This document shows positions 37,253 to 49,403 of a stretch of 64,000 nucleotides of DNA, piece by piece. The notes under the pieces are model-generated. The model had not been told where the DNA came from. It worked only from the letters and a program-made list of their open reading frames with translations, and did not search any database. The stretch is from Iphione sp. A-MEVVRFRX5 (Eukaryota): NCBI GenBank assembly GCA_976226885.1, contig OZ320321.1:11346001-11410000 (forward strand). Direction: 5' to 3'. Both the position numbers and the translations under genes were made by a program. Position 1 is the stretch's first letter; the number at the start of each line of letters is the position of its first letter.

Positions 37253-40022
37253 GGCGGCGGCGGCGGCGGCGGCGGACGGCGGGGCTGAATACCTTTTGTT
37301 GGGCTATATTGCGAGCAGAGTCGTCGCCGCCTCTTTCTTACGTCAGATCATTAAGCCGAATACTGAGCACTGCTGATTGCCATGTGCGCATCATTCATTG
37401 CGTCATTGAGAGCCCCCTACTTGACGGGGGTGGGGAGGGGGGCGCCACCAAAACCAGCCTCACACCGCTCACCCCTTCAGACTAATGGCTTAACAGCAAC
37501 CCCCCCCCCTGCACATATCTGATACATCCAACTAGTCGCTGGTGGCTTTTCTTCGAGCGGATACGACTGCAGTTCTAGTCCCCGACACCTGGAGCAATGG
37601 TCGTAATTATCGTAATGAATGGCTGCGAATTGCACGGAACAAAAGGCGCCAATTCGGTGATAAGTTTCTGACGGAGCCCCCTGTGTTATCAGCTTCTCCA
37701 GTGAATCGCCTTCGCGCTTGACGATAGACAAGAAGTGTGGCTTGCTTGTGTGTGTGTGGGGGGGGGGGGCTGGGTGGGTGTGTGAGTGAGTGAGGTGCAG
37801 TAGGATGTGGTGGGGCACAAGACAAGTTAAGGAGAGGCCTCCTTATATGTGTACATGTATGTTTATCTGTTTGTGTGTTTGTGTGTCTGTGGGGGGGGGC
37901 ATAGTGCAGTAGAGCATGATGGAGGGGGGCAGCGTAAGTTAATGAGATGCATCCTTGTTGAGTCGAATAATACGAACTTTTACTCTGAGCTGCTTGGAAT
38001 TTCAGCGGGAAACTGCTATCTACGTATGAAATATTAGACAGGCACCGAGTCGGCGAATATCAGTCGCGAGCCTTATTCTCCACAGTCGCAGTTTTAACGG
38101 AAAAAAAGAAAGATCCTCTCGTTATTGGTAGTGAAAATGGCACGCTGGTGGGAACGTGCGCCGATGCAAGGCCGTGTCGACGGCTACGGGGAAGTCGGAG
38201 CAAAAATATAAAAATATACTTACCAAACTATTCTCAGCAACGACCCTCTTCTAATGTTGGCAGCATGTTTTAGTTGTCTATTGTATGGCTCGGTTGTATT
38301 CATAGATTGAGTAGAGTTAACATGTACACATACTCCAGTGAAGTACTGACCGAGCGGTAATATTGTGTAACATCCAGCTAAACCTGGACTGTAGCTGTTT
38401 ATTATTATCATCGTTTATCTTTATCGTGAAGAAAGGCGATGAAACGCTCCTCGTGCCTTACGATCTGGGTATGTTAAATAATATTACTCTATGGACTGTA
38501 TGAGAAATTGCTATGTACAAGAAAATGGGTTGCCAATGAAAACTCTGTACATCTATAGAGATACGGTAAATAAAGACAATCAATCAATCAAATCAATACT
38601 CTATTCAAATGTCAACACTTGTCAATGTGAAAAATAATTGTTATAATTCACCCTTTATACGAGGTGCTCAGATAAGAAATAAGTAACAGTTATTGAGCTC
38701 CTAGACATTTTCCTTGACAATGCAGCTTAATAGGATGCCCGTCTGTGTAAGCATTCTCGTGTTCAATCCGACTTCACCTCAAACCCAAGTACTTTTTCGA
38801 TGCATTCTTTTGATTTATGCCCCGCGACCTTAATTTGTACGATGTTTCTGATCAATCAGCAAACACGGACTTGTTTGAGAATATTTATAAACCGGATATC
38901 TATGTCCTGCTTGGAATACGAGATGAGGCCCGTCCGATTCAGGCTGGACGCATGCGCACGGCAAACACAAGCTTCCATATATTACGTGGCCAGCCAAACT
39001 ACATCGCATATGCCTGAAGCGCCCCGGTCTACCACTGCGTGAATGGCCCAAACTTCCTTGGTGCCCTTCCGAACTAGAGCCGGCGACTAGGCAGGTTATT
39101 ATGGCGAGGTATAGACGTGCGGACGGGATGAAAGGACGGCCACCGCTTGTACTTGACTTCCATCTGTTTACAACGATTGAATAGGAACAGAAAGACGGCC
39201 TGATCTGCTGATGGCGAACTCGCTCTGGCCATCCTATCAAAAAGCACTGGAGGCAAAGAGTACGGCAAGCGGCGGCGCTATTTGGCGGCGGGAGCGAGGG
39301 AGGAGGGGGAAAGGGGAGGGGGGGGGTGTAAAGGATGGGTGAAAGACGAAGCAGGGTTAGTCCGAATGGTGGTGGTAGAGGAGTGGGGGAAGGGAGGGTG
39401 GGGAGAGGAGGAGGAGGAGGAGGAGGAGGAGGAGGAGGAGGAGGTATAAGAGACGAGGGTGGGAGTCGGCCTGGGAGGAGGACGCCACATAACAGGGGTT
39501 GGCCGGTGGGGGTGGGGGGGGGGTTGCTCTCGGTACAACATATGGAGAGTGTGGCTTCCTTCGCCTCTGGCTGCTGCACCCGATGGCGTGGGGGGGTACC
39601 AGGGGGGAGGGTAACCAAGGGGGTGACCAGGTGCATCGGGCACGTCGACGGAGTCTGGTGCAGGCTGAGGTGCCGCACCCGCTGCCACGGCTTTAACTAG
39701 CAGGCTCCGTGTCGCGGCAAAGTGTGCACCCAGCGAAATGTGGTCCCTGGGGACGATGAAAGCTTGCACTGCCGTTCGCAAAGCATCCGTCGAGTGACGC
39801 CCGGTCGATCGATTCAAGGCCCCTTTTTTGGGGGAGGGACAGTGGCTGTAGATCCCCCGAAAAGCTGCCAAATAGCCCAGCTATTGAACTTTAAATGATA
39901 CGGCCAGAGCGGCAGGAGGACCTTTTGCTTTTCGGGCTGTCCTTTTCATGACTTCCATACAGCGCAGGCGCTCCAACTCCTTAACTTTATGCCATCCACG
40001 TCCCACTCTATCTACCTCTACA

Positions 40023-40562
40023 TTCAAACACTCCCCGACACATCCCCCCCCCGAACTACTGGTAAAGGGTGACTATGCCATTTTACAATCTGGTCAAGGT
40101 TATCACTAATATTGCAATGGTTCTAACCAAGTTCAAACACTCCCTGACACATGCCCCTAGAGCTACTGGTAAAGGGTGACTGCACCATTCTACAATCTGA
40201 TCAAGGTGATTGCTAATGTTGTAATTTTGTCTCTAGATTCAAACACTCCCTGACACATCCCCCCTAGAATCACTGGCAAAAGGTAACTGCACCATTCTAC
40301 AATCTAATTAAGGTGATTGCTAATGTTGGAATGGTTCTCTCTAGGTTCAAACACTCCCTGACACATCCTCACAAAAACCTACTGATAAAGGGTAACTACA
40401 CCATTCTACAATCTAGTCAAGGTTATTGCTAATATTGCAATGGTTCTCTCTAGGTTCAAACACTCCCTGACACATGCCCCTAGAACAACTGGTAAAGAAT
40501 AACTGCACCATTTTACAATCTGGATGAGGTTTTCACTAATATTGCCATAGTTCTCTCTAGGT
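40023..40562. repeat. ~108-bp tandem repeat, 5 copies
   Basis: ttcaaacactccc recurs at 40023, 40132, 40238, 40346 and 40455. Confidence 0.9.
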
Positions 40563-42262
40563 CATTGGATGTAAACTAGGTAGAATGCATATGTAAACGA
40601 CCAGGCTAATGAATCAGTAGGAACAGTATTTCTGAACCCCTTCCATTAATTAAACATAATTACACCAGAAAATACGTCGTGGGAATTTTTGATTCCATAT
40701 GATATGCCTGTAACATCCGGAATTGTAAATTTTCACATCATATCTCTAAAACATCCCTCTTTTGAGGTCAGACTCACATGTTGACATTTAAATATGTCAT
40801 AATTATTCCGATCCAACGGCAATGTTCGCAGAGAAAAATAGATGCACAATCCCCAATTAGCCTGTTATATGCAGATGCGTCTCGATAAGGTGCACCCTAT
40901 GAGAGAGGGATTCGGCGTCTCTGTGTCAGTAAATAAGATCACTTTAAAGACAATATGGACAGTAAACTGGATGAAAATAAGGATCATTCCATAGATTAAA
41001 TGAGCTCGGGCTGGTTTTCCTGCACAATGCTGCTTATAAATTCTGCTCTTAAAAGTCTATAATAATGTCACTTTTATATTATTTTCATATAAGGATCTCC
41101 AGAGACTATTTCTTTTCATGCTTTACATTAAGAAGTGTAACAATATGCATGATACCTTAACTGAATCCTAACCATCCTATAATATCCCCAGATTTAGTTC
41201 ACAGTTTGAACATTAGGCGGCCAGTATTCGAGGAGAAAGTACTTGTCACTCAAATGGTCAGTTCACTGGACCCTTCATACTGGGCATCCAGGTTAGTTAT
41301 GTCAGCTTTATTTAAATGTTAATTATGCATGCATGGCAGTTTCTTTTTCTGTAGAGTGAATCATAAGCATGATGGCACATTGACCGTGATCACTGAAAAC
41401 ATTCTGTCTGCAAGAGTTGAAAATATAGTTAGGAACAGCAGACATTGGTGCTCTATTGTTCGGGAAAACCATCTTCTTGATAACATAAGCACAGACATTA
41501 CCACAGCATGTTACTGCTGTCTGATAGAAAGTCCCTTGGTTCTAAGTTGCAATGTGTATCTGCTCCGCTACTCTCAGCGGTGTTTTCAGAAGCAGTCTCA
41601 CCACAATTCACTAGCCAACATATTCCAACCTTGCGTTATACCAAAATCTCTAGTGGAGTGGTCCGCCTTGACCTCTTGGCAAAAACCAGAGTTAAATCTG
41701 TTAAACCATAGTGGTTACATCTGCTGATCTTAGATCAGTGTTCTTGTTCATGAGGTAACATAGACACCCACTGTTCTGAAGTCTGCGAATAGTTTATCAG
41801 AGCGTGGATAGGATTCACTTGAAAGAAAATGGCTGGAAGATATTTTGTTGGATGATGGTGTAAAGTGCAGCGTTTTGTTGAAAAAAACCCTGTCTTTTAG
41901 GCATTTGAGATAGCCAGTCTGTGTTGCTTGACTTTAAGACCTCTTAAATGAGCAGGTGTAAAAGCCCCTGGAACTCCAGGAGGAATGGTGTCAGGGTTTC
42001 ACCTCATACGTGCTCAGGCACCTAACACGCAATCCACATTAAAGGGTCTAAGGCATCCCGTCTTCAGCCGAAACTGTGGGTAGAAGTTTCCAATTAATAG
42101 ACAAGACAACTCACTCTATACTCTCCACACATAGCGTACTAAGCCTTTGAAAGACATCTTTTACCGATGTAGGGAGAGTACTTTAATAGGGGATCACGAC
42201 TATCGCACTAACGGAGGTCATAGGGAAGACAAACAAGTAGCTAGCCTTGATACGAATACATG

Positions 42263-42530
42263 TGATCCATACTTCTACCAGGTGTGAAACGTAGATGGTT
42301 CATGTGTCTATTATGATCCATATTTCTACCAGGTGTGAAACATAGATCTATGGTTTATGTGTCTATCATGATCCATACTTTTACCAGGTGTGAAATGTAT
42401 ATGGTTCATGTGTCTATTGTGATCCATATTTCTACCAGGTGTGAAACATGGATGGTTCATGTGTCTATTATGATCCGTACTTCTACCATGTGTGAAACAT
42501 AAATAATAGATGGTTCACGTGTCTACCATG
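42263..42530. repeat. ~51-bp tandem repeat, ~5 copies (tgatccatacttctaccaggtgtgaaac...)
   Basis: tgatcc recurs at 42263, 42314, 42369, 42420 and ~42471. Confidence 0.85.
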
Positions 42531-42741
42531 CATGGGAAGCAGCTGTTGGTTGAGGCACAGCACAGCCAGTTATAAATCTATCAACACGTTTCTCACAAGG
42601 AGGGGCAAAGATAAATGTGTATGCATGTGTATTATGTATGTCTGTCAGGATGTAGGCATTTATTTGTGTGCGTATGTATGAACATCCATAAAATAGGGAT
42701 GGATACCTTTGTTTACTTCCAGTATGTGAATGGATGACCTA

Positions 42742-42921
42742 CAGTGGAGTCTCTATTTCTGACCTCGTCGATTTTCGAACCATTCTTGCTATTCCGACTA
42801 GTTGAGGTGGGAATTAAAGCATTGTTTTCTGTAATTAACAATTACTGATTTCTGACCATTCTTGCTATTCTGATCATTTGAGCTTGGACCCAACCACTGG
42901 TTGGAAAGAGAGACTCCACTG
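42742..42921. mobile_element. 180-bp MITE, Tc1/mariner-pogo (Tigger)-like, TA target-site duplication
   Basis: Perfect 13-bp TIR cagtggagtctct / agagactccactg, flanked by TA on both sides (42740-41, 42922-23). Internal direct repeat ccattcttgctattc. Confidence 0.75.
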
Positions 42922-44259
42922 TATTTCAAAAACTACTTTCATTTAAAGGTAAATACTGTACAGTAGTCTCCAACTCGGAACATGTATAAATGCATCATAA
43001 CAGTGTGGAATATTCAAGATGTATTATATCAACAAATAATTCCAAAAAGCAGTTCTGACTCGTCCTCTGAAACATCTTTCAGAAGAGAAGTTACTATTTT
43101 TGACTGAGTGTTGCTAAAGATAACTAAGTGTCCTATATGATTTTGACTGTAAATAGATTTGTTGTATAACCTCCACTGTAAAATCAGAGATGACGTTCTT
43201 TAGTTATACCCAGAAGAGTCCTGCACTTGGAGTGAACCAGATATTTTTTATAGACATTCTATATTTCTCTGTGGATATCACCCTTCAGACCAGGCACACA
43301 TTACAATATGTATTAGAAGTGCTCTGTCTCTAGTACATGTACATGTTTAATTTAAACAATCCCGTTTATCAGTCTAACCAGAATTGTCTTGTTATATTGC
43401 ATTATTCTGTTGGAAAATAGAATCGGTATAGGTCTGCCATTGTCTGCCATTTTGTTTGTTTACATTTCAAGCTGAAAGTCATGTGAAAATGAATACCACA
43501 TGTGTGTGGTACATGGTAGGTGATACTGCATGGGTTGGAGAGGCTGGTATTGGTAGTCCTTGTATTGCATGAGCATGGAGCCGGAGCAAACATACACTGA
43601 AGCAAACACACATGGTTCAGAATCCACAGACCAACATGCTCATGTAAACGGAATATGACTAAAAGCATGTTTACTGGGACACCAAGCCTACGGCCCCGTG
43701 TTTCATTCTGTCATTCATGCGTCATGGACTTGTTGAGTGACATGTATCGCTGTCTACATGTGAGGTGTGCATCTCAGGTAGCTAGCTATGATGTACACAA
43801 AGGATATAACAGACACGCTTATTCCTTCCATGTCTGTGGATCCATACACCAGCAGAGTGATGCATAGGAGATCTGGGCACAATCAGCTTTGGTGGACATT
43901 TCTATAAAGACAAATTAATGCGCTGATGTATTAGGGTTTAGGAGGTGAAATAACTCATTATGTGCCTTAATTAAGGACATCAGGTATGCTCGGAATATGC
44001 TGATACACCTGGCGAATACTGTTTATACCTGGTGATCATATTAGTTCATATCAACTCTGCTGACGATCTTTAGCCTAATCCTAGTCAATACTAGATTAGC
44101 AAAATTGAAATCATAGATACCTCTGTAATTGTGAATAGTCTAAATTGAGGATTCAGCAAGTAAAACTTTGAAAATGTATTCTCTAAAGATGCCCTTTTCA
44201 CTTATCCACATATTCACTTAGAAGTAAACGACATTGGAACGTATGATTTTTGGCTTTTG

Positions 44260-45430
44260 TGAATCTGAGTCACTCCTTTAATAGCTGTGAGCCTATCTGA
44301 GTCACTTCTATGCAAGCTGTGAGCCTATTTTAGCCACTCCTATTACTACTGTATGATTCTCTAAGTCAGTCCTGTTATAGCTGTGAGCCTGCTGAGTCAA
44401 TCCCATGACAGTTGTGCACCTGTGTGAATCATTCCTTTAACAGCTGTGAGCCTGAGTTGCATCTGTATCTTCTGTGAGCCTATCTGAGTCAATGTGAGCC
44501 TGTCTGAGTTGCTCCTGTGAGTCTATCTCAATCACTGTGAGCCTGTCTGAATTGCTTTGGTACCTGCTGTGAACCTATCTGAGTCACTGTAAGCCTGTGT
44601 CAGTTGCTCCTGCACCTGCTGTAAGTCTACCTAACTCACCATGAGCCCATGTGATTTGCTCTTATACCTGGTGTGAACCTATATGTGTCAATGTGAGTCT
44701 ATGTGAGTTGCTCCTGTACCTGCTGTGAGTCTATCTGAGTCACTGTGAGCCTGGGTGAGTTATGGTGTACCTGCTGTGAGTCTATCTGAGTCACTGGAAG
44801 CCTATGTGATTTGCTCCCATGCCTGCTGTGAGTCTATCTGAGTCACTGGAAGCCTGTGTGATTTGCTCACATACGTGCTGTGAGTCTATCTGAGTCACTG
44901 GAAGCCTGTGTGATTTGCTCCCATACCTGCTGTGAGTCTATCTGAGTCACTGGAAGCCTGTGTGATTTGCTTGTGTACCTGCTGTGAACCTATCTGAGTC
45001 ACTGTGAGCCTGTGTGATTTGCTCCCATACCTGCTGTGAGTCTATCTGAGTCACTGGAAGCCTGTGTGATTTGCTCGTGTACCTGCTGTGAACCTATCTG
45101 AGTCACTGTGAGCCTGTGTGAGGTGCTCGTATACCTGCTGTGATGACTATCTGAGTCACTGTGAGCCTGTAATAGTTGTGTTGCACCTGCTGTGAGCCTA
45201 TCTGAGTCATTGTGAGCCTGTGTGAGTTTATCTGAGTCATTGTGAGCCTATGTGAGTTGCTCCTGCACCTGTTGTGAGCCTATCTGAGTCACTCTAAGCT
45301 TGTGTGATTTGCTCCCATACCTGCTGTGAACCTATCTGAGTCACTGTGAGCCTGTCTGTACCTGCTGTGAGCCTATCTGAGTCATTGTGAGCCTGTGTGA
45401 TTTGCTCCTGTACCTGCTGTGATGACTATA
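44260..45430. repeat. ~52-bp minisatellite (ctgctgtgagtctatctgagtcactggaagcctgtgtgatttgctcccatac)
   Basis: tgagtca recurs at 44891, 44943, 44995 and onward at a period of 52. Copies are more degenerate at the left end. Confidence 0.9.
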
Positions 45431-47600
45431 AGCAGCTCTGCTCGTGTCGTCACTAGTCGCTGACCTCTGTTCAGCGGTCACCGACACCGTCAATACGACT
45501 GTAGCCACCTCCTCTGTCTATAATAAGCCCCAAGCTGACCGGTCTGACGCGAGCAGTATGACCTGCAGGGCCAGCCGCCTGATTCCCCCCCTCCCCCCCG
45601 GCCCCCGCCCCCCCCGCCCGCGGCGGCTGCCATCCTCGACCACCACCGATTGCTTACTGCCTGCACCCACCCACCCACCCACCCACCCGCACCCTAAACC
45701 CCAACCAGAGGGCCACCACCACCTCCTCCCCCTCTATGCTTCTGCTCCTCCCCGCCCACCCACCTTACCCGCCCGCCCTCCCACCCAAACCCCCCCTCCC
45801 AGCAGCGACCAATGCCGCTGTCGTTGCGAGCCCCGCCGCCGCCGGTCGGCCCGACATATTACGTCGGCGGCGGCCGCGCTCATTCACACCTCGGCTTGCC
45901 CGTCGCCATAGACGCGCCAAATTGCCTAAGGAGGCGGCTAAAGACCCTAATGTGGGAACGCACGCACACCTGTGCAGCCTATCAGCCTCTCCTGCAAGCT
46001 GCCAGCGCTGTCGGTACTGCTGCTACTGCTGCTGCTGCTGCTATCGCTACCATAACCAGGCTACCCTTTTTTTCCCCTACCCATTCCTTTCTCCTCCTTA
46101 AAGAGCATTTTGACCGTTGGACAATGCGGAGACATGTTGGATAGAGAGCCAGGAACGATTGTTCTCGGCTGGGGATTAAACCACCACCAGCCGACAAGAA
46201 CTTCCCCCATCACACTGCACTGTGCTCCACTCGTCACCGCCACAAACCGACCTCCCCCCCTCAATGAGAGCCATATACATGTATTATGGATTTCCTTACG
46301 CATCTCCGCTCGTTTTATTTATTGTCTGTATTGCAGATAATGTATATAATTTTGACAGGTATCGATTAGCGCTCAATGAGCTGCTGTTTAACGTTCATTG
46401 ATAACTACAAGCATCATTTTTCCTGATATGCCTTGATAACGCGACCCATTACAATCCTATATATGGTTCTCGGCCAGGGATATACCCGCAAATCAATTCG
46501 ATTTCAAATTACTCAAAGGCATATAGCGATCGGAAATCAAATTCAGCAAATCAATACCCGAGTCAATAAATAAACTCTATGAAATATTTATTGCATCAGT
46601 TCAATTTACATCACCAGTTCCCTGCGCAAATATCACCAAACAGTCCGATATCAATAGTTGTTGTCACACGAGCAAATATATATGCAAGAAAACGTATCCA
46701 CCTTGCATTTTAAAGCTTCTGAAGAACCATTGTCATGGCTGAACGTGTCTCCTTACCTTCCCTGCTCTCGGTGGTAGGCAAGGCATGCTCCTTACCTTTA
46801 AGGTTAGTTCGTCTCTTTCTTGTACCACACTTTGTTGGGGTTATCTTAACGATTCCCCCCCCCCGAGTTTGCCACTTGAACGTCTCGCGCGACAGGCATA
46901 CAGTATATAGGAACATCCCACTTCATCAGACTAAAAACTAGTTTCTGGTCCCCCCCCCCACCCCGACCCTCTGATGCAGATATGTGACAAACAGAATAAG
47001 GATAGCGAAACCCTGGGGTTATAAATTAGCACGAGTCCCACATGGGCCACGTTAAGGTGAAGAATTAAAACCGATTAGTCTCGAGGTTATTTACACACAG
47101 TGAGATCAAACCCACAATGTAGGTACATTCCACTCTGGTCTTATACTTCTGACACGTCTCTTTTTTTTTGGGGGGGGGAGGGAAACACCACTGCAGGTTG
47201 AATGTAAGAAAGGGTCCCTCTTCTTCCCACCAGAAGACCAGGGAACATACCTACCTACATGCAGGAACGTGAACTGATTTGAACAGATCGGTTTAGAGTA
47301 TTCCTGTCTCCACATCACAGTGATCGAGGTGTAATTCTTCCTCTCTCTCTCTCATCCACAAACGGACAATTTGCACAATCCCAGAATATTAAAGCCACAT
47401 TTTGAACCTTGCTGTTCTGCTCTCTATGTTATATACATATGCACGTAGTTATGATATGTTTGATTATTATATGTACATGAAATGCGTGTATTTTTCTATT
47501 TGTAGTTTATATATCATACAAGTATATGATTATCATGTCATTCTGGAACTGTGCAACTTCTGCTTCAATGCCAACTCTCTCAGTCTCATCGGAACACTTA

Positions 47601-47934
47601 GGCCCGGTTCCCATTGGTGCGTAACCATGCAGATGCGTGGCTGTGCATTGACACGCATATTTTTCTATCACACTGTCATTGATATAGAGATTTCAGTTGG
47701 GGGTGTAGACATGCATATGCATGGTATGCGTATAGCGTGCGTGGTTCATTTTCGGTGCATGCCTGATAATTTTTTTTTTTGCATATGCATACCTATACAC
47801 AGCCGTGCATGGTGATTTCTTTGTACTTCATCATTTTACGCACTGGTCCACACTGATCTGTGCGTAAGGATGCGTAGCAATGCATGGAGCATAGAAACAC
47901 ACCAGACACCTTCCAGCTTAAGGGAAACCGGGCC
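47601..47934. mobile_element. 334-bp non-autonomous TIR element (GGCCCGGTT termini); superfamily uncertain
   Basis: ggcccggttccc at the left end and gggaaaccgggcc at the right end. Flanks are tta / taa (TA shared). The interior is rich in atgcgt/acgcat/atgcat motifs. Confidence 0.65.
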
Positions 47935-48855
47935 TAAGTTAAGACTAACATAACATTCACAGACTGTTAATTCTGTTGTATACATGTACCTCTCAATTTT
48001 GCTCTCAGTTTATTTTCACTATTTCATTCTTCGCTCCATATTCCCGGCCTCATTTTCATTATTCCCGCCTCAAACTCGCCCGAGTCTACGTCTGCCTGAG
48101 TCTCTTTTCCCACCATAGTCACTTTAACCCTCTCTCTATTTCTCTCTCTCTCTTTCTCTTTCTACGCGGCTCTCTCACGTCAGTCTGAAATTGAAACGCT
48201 CCTTCCATTATATGTTGTAGAAAGAGCCTACAACTATTTTTCTTCCAATGATCCATCTTTGATTCGCTATAAATTCAAGAAAAGGGATCCTCGCCAAGAG
48301 GCATGAAAGTATCCCCCGATAAACAGGGCGAGAAAAGGGGCTGTTGCTTATAGAGCCACTCTGGTTACCATGGCAACATACTTTTGATTGGAATCAGGCG
48401 TCAGCGATCTGAATATGTTTCTTGAATGAAATGACCCACTGCTGATGGATTCCATTCCAGGCTGGCGTGAACTAAGACGAGCAGACGACTTTTTACCCCC
48501 TTCTCCCGCTCTTTCTCTGAAGGAGGTTTCGCGAGGCTTAATAGCGTGGCGATCCGGCCGACCAATATCTTACTCCGGGAAATCATCGACTGACAGAAAA
48601 TACAATGTATCATTAGAGAAATGAAATATCATATGACAGCACTTGTAGCACCTATTAGCCCAGCTGCAAACTACTGTAATATGATCAGACCAACGCTGTC
48701 GCCCTCCTCCCGCTTCGCTCAATACAAAAAAAAACAGAGGAGAAAGCGGGACGCACATAAATCCCGGTATTTTTACTAGCTCGGCCGTCAGGGCTAATGA
48801 TTTTCATAAATAACCTCCACAATACCCATGTACACTTGAGGTCGGTTCGGAGCGA

Positions 48856-49403
48856 TCAAGAGGAGTCGCTGGATTTTTGGCTGGAAGGCCGATCATCAGC
48901 AGCAGCGGCGGCGGCCGCCTCACCGCGGGCGCCATGACGCCCTGAGTCGTCATTAGAAGGAATATCTATTTCACCATCGTTAGCTTTTTCGTCACTGTTC
49001 GCAGTGGCTGTAGTAGTAGTAGGAGTAGTAGTAGGAACAGCAGCAGTAGTAGCATCAGTGTCGACGTCGGAATGCTGCTCTAATGGCGGCGGCGGCGGCG
49101 ACCGCGCGGGCGACGAGGAGGGGACCGTGGTTTGTCCGGCTTCACCCCCCTCCTCCTCTTCCACCCCCTCGTCCTCCGGAGACGGAAGGGGACTGGTGTT
49201 CCCGCTGTGGGGGGGCTGGGGCTTCTTCAACTGGGCCATGGCCAGTTGTCCGTACTTGACGTCCGGTCGGTACGGCTCGCCCGACTCCAACTGACTCGTG
49301 CTCTGCGCGGGAAGGGTCTCGTAGACCTTCTGTTTCATGGGCCCGTCCTTAGGCACGAGACACATCTCGGCGGGAAGAGGTTCCGCCCATTTCTGTTTCT
49401 TGG
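48856..49403 (-). CDS. SLC17 terminal exon (AKKQKWAEP... long acidic/Pro/Thr-rich cytosolic tail)
   Basis: Acceptor (ttc/tttc)n tttttcctcag. KQKWAEP matches VGLUT EKQPWAEP. Open to TGA at 48858-48856 (ORF track 48856..49470). Confidence 0.88.

Noticed and set aside
34682-39871. Long Pro/Ser/Gly-rich ORFs (e.g. 35099..35803, 38830..39678)
   Set aside because: They are products of homopurine/homopyrimidine and GGA/CCT microsatellite tracts.
41580-42100. Possible decayed LINE 3' fragment
   Set aside because: Only a vague resemblance. No reverse-transcriptase motif could be read in any frame.
42961-43180. Possible second Tigger-like element (cagtagtctcc ... cctccactgta)
   Set aside because: The putative TIRs match only over a few bases.
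47894-47904. agaaacacacc shared between the 47.6-kb element interior and the TIR of the 2.9-kb MITE
   Set aside because: Only 11 bp with no further alignment; compatible with chance.
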